Origin: Setoptus koraiensis
Lineage: Eukaryota; Animalia; Arthropoda
DNA length: 64,000 nt
Assembly (NCBI GenBank): GCA_048013815.1
Contig: CM106585.1
Coordinates: forward strand, 14,756,001-14,820,000
Direction: 5' to 3'
The position numbers and the translations under genes were made by a program. Position 1 is the stretch's first letter, and each line of letters starts with the position of its first letter. The notes beneath the pieces are model-generated. The model worked only from the letters and a program-made list of their open reading frames with translations, searched no databases and was not told where the DNA came from. Of this stretch, positions 40,310 to 52,058 are shown one piece after another.

Positions 40310-43300
40310 GTAAACTCAATCGAAGCGGCGATCGTTCGACTGGACGGGCAACTGCTCCTCGTTTTCGGCCATTCGCCATTTCGAATCTCAATAGCATTTC
40401 GAATCTCAATAGCCTATCTATAGGAATAGTTTGGATTAAATCGCAGCGTCCCATTCAATTTGGCATCATGTTCGTCAATTAAATCATCGTCTGACTTAAT
40501 CTAATTCTCTCTTTCTCTCTGTCAAATTTATTGCTCTCTCTCTTTAATAATATCTCTGTCTTTGATAGTTGGCAGCGTTTGATATTTGGCAGCGTTTGAT
40601 ATTTGGCAGTGGTTAATATTTGTTGCGACGATCGCTTCTGATATCTCGCTTGATATACCGGTACATAAACGACGACGACCACCACCACAACATAAACGAA
40701 TCAGGCTACTATATATTGCCCCGTCGGTTGCCGTCAATCGCATGCCTGCCAAACAGCAACTCTTTCTCTTGTTTGCCTCATCCAACTGCAGCCATTTACA
40801 TTACATATCCCACCAATATCCCCCATGCCGAATGCCGCTCGATACCCAGGGATACCCTGAAATAGCCAGGGATACCCAGAAATGGCCAGGCATACCCATA
40901 AATAGCTGGGCATACCGAGGCGGGCCATTGGCGAGCATATCTGGATATCTCTGGACATAAATAATAATAATAGTGATAACATTTATTGCAGCTTTTATCC
41001 CTGTTGCATCAATGGCATTTGTTGCATCGGTTGCATTTGTTGCGTCAGTGGCATCGCCTGCATCAATCGAGCAAATCGCTGGCAAACAACGAGCGGCCTT
41101 TCATGCGATCATTTGACACATAATTTAAATTACTGGCCAGCCAATTGCAGTAAACAGACAGGTGAGCGTAAATGGCAGCAGCAGCGGCAGCAATAAGAGC
41201 CAGCCAAATAACAGACGATGGTTATGGTTCGCAAGTCAATCGCACGATGATATAAAAAAAAATGAAATAATAAATACAGGTAAAGACGAGTCATCGTTGC
41301 CTTGATCATCATTACGCGATTAAGACGATGTTACATCATGGTGCTGGGCCAGTCTCGGCGATAAGTGCTGCCGTACTGTGCGCTGCACACACTGTACGAG
41401 ACGGGTGGTGCCCTCCCTCGGACAGGTGCAACGCTCAATTCTATAGTGCTGCTCTATGCGGCTTGGTCGTCACGTCCAACGACCATGCCACCAGATCTTG
41501 TTTGACATACATGCTTACTTTGTATTTATATCCAGATATCGCTCAGGTCTGGACAGTTTGTTGTTTGTTGGTTGTCGGCGTGGTCGTCGGCGTTGTCAGT
41601 GCCAGTTGGTTATCGCCGCATAGGGGGCACACAGAGCGTAGAGAGCGTACAGAGCGTAGAGAGTGTAAATGTATAAATGGTCGCCAATATAAATAAATGA
41701 ATATAATTATAATTGTAAGGGGGCAGACAAAAATCGAGCCAATATAAACAACAAAATATTGTATATCAGCTCATGTAGCACTTGTTGTTACTTGCAACTT
41801 GTGTGTCAAACGGTTACACATACAAACTAGTGACTGGTGACTGGTGACCAGTTACACCAGTCACTAGTTACCTGTGACAAGCAATAGTTACGTAAGCGTT
41901 ACGTAAGTTTGCAATGTTTGTATGCACAAATGCTGGGCTGTGCAGCTTGTTGTGCAAATCTAATTAGAAAACCGATCGACCAGCTGACCATGTGATGTAA
42001 CAACAGGCCAGATCAGTGTGTGTGTGTGTGTCATCAAATCGTGTTACGTAACAGCATCAGCTCTTGTCGAGTGAATGAAACTTGATTAACAGTGATTTTT
42101 GGCTCGGCCGCTGCAAACAAACAAACACACTGCGAACGCACACTGCGCACATAATATAGACACACAGAGAAAGCGAGCCGATTGTGAGAATTGAGGTGAC
42201 TCCGTGATTGGGCTAAAATTGGCATAAAATCAATTCTCAGCGAATTGAGCGAACCGTTCGAATCAGCGATGGCTCGCAGGGCAACAAGTGCTGAAATGTC
42301 GCCACCGTCTCTCTCGGTATCGCACACCGATATCGCTGCTGACACTGATATCGCTGCTGACACTGTAAGAAATGATTGCACTGATTGTAAAATAATCGCC
42401 ATACGTGATACACGAATTTTAGAAAGCTGGCGCCCTCTCTCGGCTGGCGGCTGGCACCGCTTGGCGAGCCAATAAATCAGCATGGTTGCAATGGTGGCGG
42501 CCACAGTGGCAGCGACTGGTCATCGGTTGTTGTGGCGATGACCTTGTTGATTCAAATGATTCGAATAACTTCGGTGCACGACGACCAGTTACAAATAAAA
42601 ATGAGCACGTTGTTTGACGTTTCGCAGCAGCGCTGGCGTGTATCGCGCATCCAGTTTTAATTGAGCTTTGATTTAATTTAACTCCAAGAGCGACCAACAA
42701 ACAAACAAATACACACTTGCGCACAATGTACAATTAGGGCCAGCAACAACGTGCAATGATGGCAGAGCAACAACAGCAACAACAACAGCGGCAACAACCG
42801 CAGCAACAACAACGGCAACAACCACAAACAACCACAAACAAGAGCTATCTATTTTTGGTCGCTCTGCATCGCTTTTGTTTCGCAATGCGCTCTCTCGAGC
42901 GCTCTTGATCCGGATATTTATCTGTTTGCTATTTATCATATTGACCATTGACCATATTTGCACACAAACAGACAGCAAAATAATTGCAATTGCCTGTTTA
43001 AACTGCTGATAACAAACGGCCATTATCACGGCCACCAATCAGATCGCAATGAGACTGGCAGCGGCAGCGCCACCCGGTGACCGGTGCCCGAAGATCGCAT
43101 GTAAATGGGCAAGTTTTAAAAGCAACCAAGTGGGCGTACGATATCATATATATTTTGTGCGCCATTATCCGCACACATTATTTTGAGAGCTTATTACGCA
43201 AGGTGGTGCCTAGACGTACCTAATGGCACCTGACGGTGCCTAATGGTTGGTCACGGAACGCTGCGCTGTTTAGCAAAAGTTTAGCATGATAAAATCGATC

Positions 43301-44168
43301 GCGAACGGTGTGTCGGTGTGGCCAACCAGTGGATGAATTCGCGACTATTCTATTCTAATTCTATGCGACAGTTGAACAATTGACAGCGACAACAACCACA
43401 TCAACAACAGCCACAACCGCACCAACAACCATATCAACAACAACCGCACCAACAACAGGCGCAATAACGAGAGCAACCTGCGTTCGGCAATAATGGCCAA
43501 AGAACATTATCTGTTCCATTCCATTATTGTTTATTGTTCGGCGCTGCGTCCGAGTCGAAATGGTGCCGAATATGCGAAAAATAAACAACAACAACAACAA
43601 CACGATATTAGTAGACGCAATGTTCTACATGTCCGCTGGCCGTTGCAGTGTCCGGCGCGGTCGTGAGTGGAGCGCATCATCAATTGTAAATTGTCATCAA
43701 ATATTGTTGTTGTTGTTGTTGGTGGTGCAATATTGCAAAAAGCTCATTGCGCGGCTCTCATGACAGTTGCGCAATCGTCGCTGTCGTGCGTTTGGTGCCT
43801 GCTTGTCGCGCGACATTGTCATCAGATCATTTGATTCAAATGTTGTTGTTGCGCCGATGTTGCGCCGATGTTGCGCCCACGTTGTGCCGTGTGACGGCCA
43901 CTCGGCACAATATCGGCAATCTCGAATCGAGTGATTCGAATGAGGGGGCGCAGCTTCGATGGTAGCCACCACCGAATGGCACATAACGTAAATTGTCATT
44001 CGTAAACTTGCGCAATATCGTCATGTGTCGCGCACACTGTGCGCTGTGCGCACATTACGCAATATCGAAGTGCACATTACGCAATGTCGAAGTGCACATT
44101 ACGCAATACTGACTGGTGCACATTGCGCAACAATATGCTGCTGCCGCTATATGAAGATAAACCATGGC

Positions 44169-44182
44169 GTCGCCATGGAAAC
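44169..44182. promoter_or_regulatory. RFX X-box match GTCGCCATGGAAAC
   Basis: Exact fit to the 14-bp consensus GTYNCYATRGNAAC. About 290 bp upstream of a CAG|GTGAGA donor at 44470. Function not shown. Confidence 0.45.
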
Positions 44183-47100
44183 CGCGCCAAGTTGCGCCGG
44201 TCATCATTAGACGGCCACCTCCTAATGGTCGGCTCAGTTGTTGTTGTTTATCTTGGATTGGCCCGGTATAGAGAGATATCTGGTGTGTTTGTGTTGCCTC
44301 TTTGGCCACAAATAACACAATATACATGACGCGTATGACACATCGTATGATGACCATGATAATAATAGCAATGCCAATATGTTATTATTCTACAATGATT
44401 AGAAGCGAGCGAGCGCACAGAATTGATCGCAGTCGCACACCGTTTCGAAGCGACAGCGACAGTGGAACAGGTGAGATGATGATGTTACCTAATGATGATG
44501 GCATTGTTATTATTATTGAACGGGCGCCGAAACTAGCAATTTTTCATTTATTCGTCCATTGGCTCACTGTTGCCCGCTCGCCCGTTCGACCTCAATTCGG
44601 CCAGATATTCATTCAATTGCTCGCCGAGCGCGGCCAGTAATGGCCGCTGGTCGTCATGATTATTGCCATGATTGTGTTGCCGCTATTATTGCATAATGAT
44701 CGAAAGAGTGCGCCGTGATCACCTGTCTCATGTTGTTCTGTTTAGTTCAGTTGTTGTCGGTTGTTGTCGGTTGTTGTCGGTTGTTGTCTGTTGTTGTCTG
44801 TTGTTGTCTGTTGTTGTCGGTTGTTGTCGGTCGCCGCCGGTCGCCGCCGGTCGGGGCCGGTCGTTGCCGGTTGTCGTAGGTGGTGGGCGCATCAACAACA
44901 AGCGACGCTTGTTGTCGCCGATTGTGGCCGGCCGAGACCGCGAGCTCGATACAGCCACGACAAGTTGCGCGTGCTCGAGCGGCTCGTTGCTGACGCACTC
45001 GAGCGCGGTGTCGGCGCAGGCCGCCCAATCTGCGCCGAGCTCCCAATTGCCGGGCTAGCTCGCCACTGCGAGGCCGGCTCGCCACTTCGATTGGCCGGCT
45101 TGGCGGCGAATTGTGCGCCGGCCCAGCGATCGCCCGACTGGCCGGCGATTCGAGCGCTTTGAGCGGCTCGAGCGGCTCGCCGAACACTCAGCAAACTGTC
45201 CGCGGCTGACCGGGCATGCTCGCTGCCGGGACCCACAGCAGCGAATCGTGCACCCATAATTACCTGTCTAATGATGTTCGACTTGCCGTTTGTGTGGCAT
45301 GATTTCGACCGACGGTGTCTATATTTATCCGCGGCCGCACACAATGCGCAATATATGAAATATGAATACAATACACTTTATGTAAAGTATAAAATGTGTT
45401 GCGCCAGGTAGCGGCCGCTCTTCCAGCGCCATGGCCGCTGCATTGTGGCCGAACTGGCCGGGCGACTCGGCCCAATTGGCCGGACGATTTGGCCGAATTA
45501 GCGGCGATACATTAGGTATTTTGCAAGCCGTGCGGTATTAGGTGTGCGACGGCCGGACCGCTCGGAAATTTGACAAGTTTCGCCGGGCCGCCGGTTTGTG
45601 TGCGGTTGCACACTTGGCGGCAGTTTGTGCAATGGGCAGTCTGTGCGAGTCATGCATAGACCGGCGCATATCGTACGTAATACACAAACAAGTAATGTTA
45701 TACAATGTTATTGCTCATGAATACACAGTTCTGTGCGGATAATTCAAGCCGGCCGTGTGCACACTCGATCCGATGGCGCACACGACGAGCAGCGCAACGA
45801 ACGCATAGTAAGATAATAGCCACTAATAGAGCCGTCACATTGTCGTGACTCTTCGACGACGTCTGATCGTGCCTGTTGGCCATTGTTCTCGCTGATTATG
45901 TAACAGCACAATAATCAATTGCATCGGGTACCTGTGTGATACCTGTAACTGGCACTGTTTGTATCTGTTACATCGGCTGTCTGGGTCCATTAGGGGGCGT
46001 CGTGATGACTTGCGCGACACAGTCACAACTTGTTGTGACTGTGCGCAAATGTATAAATAGAGAGAGCTTCTTATTGCGTGTCTCTGTGCGTCTTGGAACG
46101 TCTGCGAATTCTCAGTCGATTCGCTTTCGAATTGGCCCGTCTCAGTTGGCCAATTGGAAAGCGTTGCATTTACATGCAGCGGCGATCGTGTTTGCAGCGA
46201 GCGCAATTCGCCAGATCGATCACTTACGTGTGTCATATTGCACAATCGCCGGCGCGCCAATTGGCGGCGATTCGCGCCGGCCGATTCTCGAGTTCGAGGC
46301 GAATCGCCGGCGAACTCGAGAATCGCTTCGAGTTCGAGTTCGAACTCGCGAATCGCCTCGCAAGCCGAACGCGCAAACCGGCCGCGTCCGACGTCCGATG
46401 GCGTCCGACGTTTGATTGCGACTGCCAGAGCCTGGCGGCCAGAGTGCGCACTCGAACGCCGCGATAATTGGCCAATTCGACAATCAAACAATCAAACAAC
46501 AATGCCAGCCGATCGGTGCCCGACCGACCATACTGGCCAGCTGATCGCGCACAAAAGTATCGAGCGGCCACTCACGATGACTGATGATCATTTTATTACT
46601 TTATTTATTATTATTAGCTATTATTAGTACACCGACACCAACAACAATTATGACGAATGCGACGCTTGTTGCGACGCCCGCCGTGATGCCACATTACGTA
46701 ATAATAATCGAGTCAAGTGTGTGTGTGTGCGGCATAACAATGATACTGCGCGGATAATCTTGGCTCGCTAATGTATGCTCATTGCGCAACCATTTAATTT
46801 GTCCGTTTGTCTCTGCGAATGCGGCCCGCAGTGAGTGCGTGCGTGTGTGTGTGTGTGATCGATGGTCATTGTGTCCGGGCCGCATTATCATTGGCTAATC
46901 ATTCTAAATTGGTCTTGTCGACCTATAAACGATGACAAACGCGCCTGTTTGCCTAATTCGAGTGGCCGTTGCCAGCGATTCGCGTTCGCTTCGAGCTCCG
47001 AATTCGAACGCGGCTGCGAACTTCGGACGCCGGCCCGGTGGCCGCGTTCGACGGCCCGTCCGAGCGCCGCTCCCGACGGCCAGAGCGATTATCTGGAGTG

Positions 47101-47683
47101 CGGCCGCGGCGCACTTGTTTCGGTCAATCGTAACACGGTGCGCAGTTGTTGCAAACTATTATAAACTCACAACAGCAAACGCCAAACAACAACGGACAGC
47201 GGCCAGCGGCCAGCAAGATCAATATTTGCGCATTGGAAGTGGCCATTGCGGGCACTGGCGATCGCACTCTCGCCAGACGATACAAGCAAACAACAATACA
47301 AGTTGGCTCATTAATTTTTGATACTCGCGCGCTAATGTGATATATGAGCTCGGGCGCAGTTGAAACTTGTTTACATTCGAGCAAGCTGCTGCCGCAAGCA
47401 AGGTCAACAAGCCAGCAAACAATAATAAAGCAGCACCAATTAAGCACGCAAGCCAATTAAGAGTGGTCAGTCGGCGAGCGTGCGCTTCAATCGCCAGATA
47501 GTGGCTATTGTTTATTTATCGCTAATAAATCATGAATTTATCCTAATTGGCTATAACTGTCATTGTTTGCTGGCCGGCGCGGCAACACAATGTTTCGATG
47601 TTCAATGTTCAATGTTTCGTGCGCCATCTGTCTGGTCGCGGCCGACACGCTGACCATCACATGTCGCCAATACACATCGGCAG

Positions 47684-47842
47684 ATATATGCAGCGGCGCG
47701 CCGTATCTGGCCGCAATCAATGGCCACCTATGGGCCGATACGCGAGTCAGTATCGGCCATAAGCTGCAATCGACCGATTTGCACCTATATAGACCGGTCG
47801 AGGTGGAGCCTGGCAAGCCACCAACGCGCACACCTGTATGAT
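47684..47842 (+). CDS. Probable exon encoding a C2H2 zinc finger (SCNRPICTYIDRSRWSLASHQRAHLYD)
   Basis: Frame of ORF 47720-47938. Spacing is C-x4-C-x12-H-x3-H with the conserved Leu three residues before the first His. Donor GAT|GTAAGT lies in phase 0 right after the finger. The acceptor is uncertain (CAG at 47681-47683 used; others at 47693, 47750, 47763). Gene family not identified. Confidence 0.55.
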
Positions 47843-47850
47843 GTAAGTTA

Positions 47851-47910
47851 TATTCACCTGTATTCACCTGTGTTCACCTGTGTTCACCTGTACACACCTG
47901 TATTCACCTG
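47851..47910. repeat. Six tandem 10-mers ending in CACCTG
   Basis: TATTCACCTG TATTCACCTG TGTTCACCTG TGTTCACCTG TACACACCTG TATTCACCTG. Confidence 0.95.
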
Positions 47911-48188
47911 TATGTGGCTGCGCATACAGCCTGTATGATACAGTTGTACAGGTTTGTGCTGTGTGTGCAATACAGCAGGTATTCACACGTAAATATACAG
48001 GTGAGCGACATACATACATATTCACACATACATACGTATTCACACATACATGAGCGAGTGGTCAGCTGAGCGACGAGACGGGACCAGACGGGACAGGGCG
48101 GCAAGGGCGGCGAGGGCGACGGGCGAGCGAACATGCGGACGGGCGGACGGGAGGGGGCAGGGGAGGGGCAGTGTATTATTCTAATTAG

Positions 48189-48326
48189 GCTCAATGTCAC
48201 GGTCGACTCGACAAACTTAATCACAAGTTGTTGTCTTGGGCACAATGCGTCGTCTTGGCCGCGTTGCAAGCGAGCCGAGAGCCGCCTCATTGTTGGGAGC
48301 AGCCAGATAAAGGATGGAATAAATAA
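48189..48326 (+). CDS. Candidate terminal exon after the zinc-finger exon (AQCHGRLDKL...PDKGWNK*)
   Basis: CTAATTAG acceptor (AG 48187-48188). Phase 0 matches the 47842 donor. Open 45 codons to TAA at 48324-48326, overlapping two AATAAA hexamers (48318, 48322). The junction is inferred only. Confidence 0.25.
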   Translation, partial: AQCHGRLDKLNHKLLSWAQCVVLAALQASREPPHCWEQPDKGWNK

Positions 48327-48786
48327 AAGATTATTATTATTATCAGAGCCATTATTGTTCGGCCAGTCTATTCTGTTTGGCGCATTCGGCGCATTCGGCG
48401 CATTCGAAGCACTCGGCGCATTTCGGCGCATTCGAACAGAGCTGGCGACACACGGTGCACAAGGGATGGGGGCAACAATTGGCAAGGTGAGCAAGTTGAA
48501 AAGTTGCCTAGATTTGGTCAGTTGCGCTGTTGTCAATTGTGCTGCTAATCGTTTCGGCCAACTTGTTTCGTTTTGTCGTCGTCCACTGTTTGCACTGTCG
48601 TTCGGATCGTATTGTCGGCGGCATTATTCTCGATTGGGCACCGTTCTCGACGACGTGGGCACTTGTTTCTTTTCTGCGCCTCTCCGGCCAGCGCACCGTC
48701 GATTGTCGCATTGTCGTCGGCATCGTCGCTGGCCGCTTGTCTATTAGTGTCGTCGTCGTCGTCGTCATCATCATCATCATCGTCGT

Positions 48787-49980
48787 CTAATTATATGCAC
48801 TTGTCTCACTTGGTGCAGCGCACCGAGTAACATGACCACCACTGTTCTTTCTGTGAGAAATTAATGAGAGCATTAATTCCGCGCTCACAGCGACAGAAAG
48901 AATTAATTCGCTGCCGTTGTCGTCGTCGCAGTTGCCGTTGTTGTTGTTGCCGTTGTTGTTGCTGCTGCTGTTGTTGTTGTTGTTGTTGTTGTTGCTGTTG
49001 TCGTTGTTGCTGTTGTCGTTGTTGCTGCCGTCTCGTCCAGCGACCACTGGCGCACAAGATGACGCAATCATCATCATAATCGCGTGGACACAACAACATC
49101 GTCGCCGTGTTGTGACCGCCTGTGACATCCATTGTACTATTATTACTATTATGGTCAAGCAGCTATTATTATCATTATTATTATTACTATTATTATTATT
49201 GCATAATAGCAGTATTATTATTATGATTATTATTATTATTATTGCATAATAGTGATGATGATGATGATGATAATTTATAATTAAGCCAAGAGAGTTTAAT
49301 AATAAAGAGCCCGCTGGCTGAACAGATAGCAGCCACACAAGCGCTCGGCGTCTATTTAGCGCTCGCCGCATCGGGCCGCAGCCATTGTCGTCGCGGCGCT
49401 CGGACCGTGCATATCGTTCGAGTGCGGACTGTTCGGGTGCGGACTGTTCGGGTGCGGATTGTTCGGGTGCGGATTGTGCGAGTGCGGATTGGCCCGGCGA
49501 CCGGGCGCGGATCCGCGCTCGGCTGGCCATTCGCAGATTCAAACTCGAATCCCAATTGAAAGGCCAATTCGAACTCGGACACACCGTCGAACTCGGGGCA
49601 GCGTCGAACGGCAGTCGAACGCACAGTCGAACGCATGGGATAATGGACACAAACAGAAGCATAGAAGCGGCCAACAAAAAAACAAAGAATTGTTGCGTAA
49701 CGCTGATTTTAATTGTTTCATTTTGGGCCACTCGCTCATTCTCGTTATTGTTATCATTATCACAAGTGCTGCCGCTTGCGTCATTCCCATTTGATTGTCT
49801 TTGTTGTTGCTGCTTCTGTCTTTGTTGTTGCTGCTTCTGTTGTCGTTGCTGCTGCTGCTGGCGCGCTTGCGTATCATGATTATTATTATGTAATATCTTT
49901 GCCACAGACGAAACTTCTTCCCGTTCTTCGTTTTTATATTCTCTGCCACTTGTTTGATTATTACTATTAATCATCAGCAT
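48787..49980 (-). CDS. 397-codon ORF with Q/N-rich tracts and hydrophobic segments; possibly one large exon or several smaller ones of an unidentified protein
   Basis: Longest ORF in the track. Charged and polyQ N-terminus followed by a TM-like stretch FFVFLLAASMLLFVSIIPCV. A possible donor CCAA|GTGAGA lies at 48809. Much of the length is stop-free simple repeat, so chance openness cannot be excluded. Confidence 0.35.
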   Translation of the reverse strand: MLMINSNNQTSGREYKNEEREEVSSVAKILHNNNHDTQARQQQQQRQQKQQQQRQKQQQQRQSNGNDASGSTCDNDNNNENERVAQNETIKISVTQQFFVFLLAASMLLFVSIIPCVRLCVRLPFDAAPSSTVCPSSNWPFNWDSSLNLRMASRARIRARSPGQSALAQSAPEQSAPEQSAPEQSALERYARSERRDDNGCGPMRRALNRRRALVWLLSVQPAGSLLLNSLGLIINYHHHHHHYYAIIIIIIIIIILLLCNNNNSNNNNDNNSCLTIIVIIVQWMSQAVTTRRRCCCVHAIMMMIASSCAPVVAGRDGSNNDNSNNDNSNNNNNNNNSSSNNNGNNNNGNCDDDNGSELILSVAVSAELMLSLISHRKNSGGHVTRCAAPSETSAYN

Positions 49981-50759
49981 TAATCTTGGTCATGGCGCTG
50001 CTGCTGCTGCTTTTGGGCTCACCTCATCGTCTGCTGACGGCAACAAATGGCAACAGTAATAAAGTGCGATGGCACCAAACAACTAATTTGCATAGGCCGG
50101 CCACCATTGGCCGGCTGCCCATATGTGTCGCTTGCCACAAAAAGTGGCAGCAGCAGCAGCAGTCGGGCGCGGCCCAGAAAAATCTCTCATTCATTCATTT
50201 GTTTCATTTCGTTTCGTTGCTGATACCAACGGCTAATGGGCCAACGAGATGAATGAACGAACCCATGGTGTGACATCATCGCCGGCGCGTTGCGTCATCA
50301 TTATCAATGGCACAACGCGGCTGATAATGGCACAATGCTGCTGATAATGGTGCTCAACAGCGACAAAAGAAGCATCGCAAACATGAACAAGAACAATCGA
50401 CCAACGACAATCAACAGGTTGACGCGCAACCGCATCCAACAGCGCCCCTGCTGGCAGCGCCGCGCTCCAACAAAAGCTTAACAAAAAATCTTGAACAAAA
50501 ATTTGATTTCCATCCAAACTGAAACGGGTCGAGCTAGCGCGCACACACAAAATATAACATACAAATACATATAATATATATATATATTACGCAATATATG
50601 CAAATAATCACACTGACAACAATTACCTGAAATAACAAAATTTGCCATTGCGTCGTCATGCCGTGGCACAATGACGACAATCGACAGTTGAGTGTTGATC
50701 AGTTGGCGAGCGTCAGTTGGCAAAGTGCAAAAGTCAACTAACCGAATGACATTGACTAG

Positions 50760-51012
50760 CCCGAGGGCCACAAAAGCGAAAATGAACGATTCCGTGAACG
50801 CCTCTGCGCTGTTGTTTTGCGCTGTCCGTTGATCTTTCACTCCGGTCTCTCACCTGTCGAAGCGGCCGAAGCGGGGCTCGTTCGCGTTGCCTGCAGGCCA
50901 TTATTTGGCTCGTTGGCCGTAATGGCAATCGAGGCCTATATGGCTGGCGCACGCCATTGTCGCCAGTGGCCAGTGGGCAACTTGCAACGGACGCGATACC
51001 ATCTCATCTCAG
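50760..51012 (+). CDS. Candidate internal exon (PEGHKSENERFRERLCAVVLRCPLIFHSG...RTRYHLIS)
   Basis: Open 84 codons of non-repetitive sequence, starting right after TTGACTAG and ending at CAG|GTATAA. The opposite strand also has plausible frames. Confidence 0.25.
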
Positions 51013-51947
51013 GTATAAATCTCAAATCATAATCGCAAACTAATTATATTCAAAAAATAACAAAAAATAACAAAAAAAAAAAAATCTCGCTTGTGTTTGG
51101 CTGGCAACGAGGCAAAGTACAATGGCTCGTTTGCCAGTTGATTACAGTGTTTCATGATGATGACGGCCAGAGCGAAATGTGATTTTATGTGACCATCATC
51201 AGGCCAGCATGAATGAAAGTGATAAACAAGTGTAAGACGAAGAAGAAGCCCCAAACGAAACCAACATCCTGTGTGCTCATCACACAACAGGCAACAAGAC
51301 GCAACAAGGTTGCTCCACTTCTCATGCAGATGAATATCATTATGCATAATATTCTTTAATTATTATCTTTTATAATAATGATTATCAACACACTGACGAC
51401 CAGAAGAGAAGAAAAATCATCAATGAATAGACACTGATTTCCTGTCCCCGCTGCCCACCTCACCTGGTCGCATCCTCTGCGCCGTAATATGCGATTGCTC
51501 TAATGTTCGGTCTGGCGTTCGCTGTGACGTTAAAACTGACGTTCGCTGTGACGTTGAAACTGACGTTCGCTCTGACGTTTAGTCCAACGTCCAGTCTCGT
51601 GTCCAGTCTCGTGTCCAGTGCGATAACCAGTATAATGTCAAGTATGAAATCTCTTGCCAACTGAGCAAACGCTCTCTCAGTGCAGGTGATTACGTAACGA
51701 CCAATTGATGGCCAGTGTGACGGTGATGCAGTTGCAGTTGCGCAACAAACTTTGCCAGTTGATCTCGTTGATCTCGTTGACACACACTCACACACAGGAA
51801 ATAAACAATCGCGTAATTGATGTGGTGCTGGCAGTGGCAAAAATAATCTCTTTAATCGATGCACCAGCAACATAATGTTATATAATGTTATATAATGCCA
51901 GATAATATGCTAATGGACCATTGTGAGCGCTTGTTGTCGCAACTGCT

Positions 51948-52058
51948 CTGGCCATTTCGTACCTGGCCATTTTGTACCTGGCCATTTTGTACCTGGCCAT
52001 TTTGTAGCTGACCATTCTGTAGCTGACCATTCTGTAGCTGACCATTCTGTAGCTGGCC
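51948..52058. repeat. Minisatellite, 15-nt unit CTG(G/A)CCATT(T/C)TGTA(C/G), 7 copies
   Basis: Read directly; two subtypes lie in blocks. Confidence 0.95.

Noticed and set aside
48441-48486. RAGDTRCTRDGGNNWQ resembling a BNR/Asp-box before a GTGAGC donor
   Set aside because: A single short motif lacking the canonical Ser and Thr, with no further copies; other frames are equally open.
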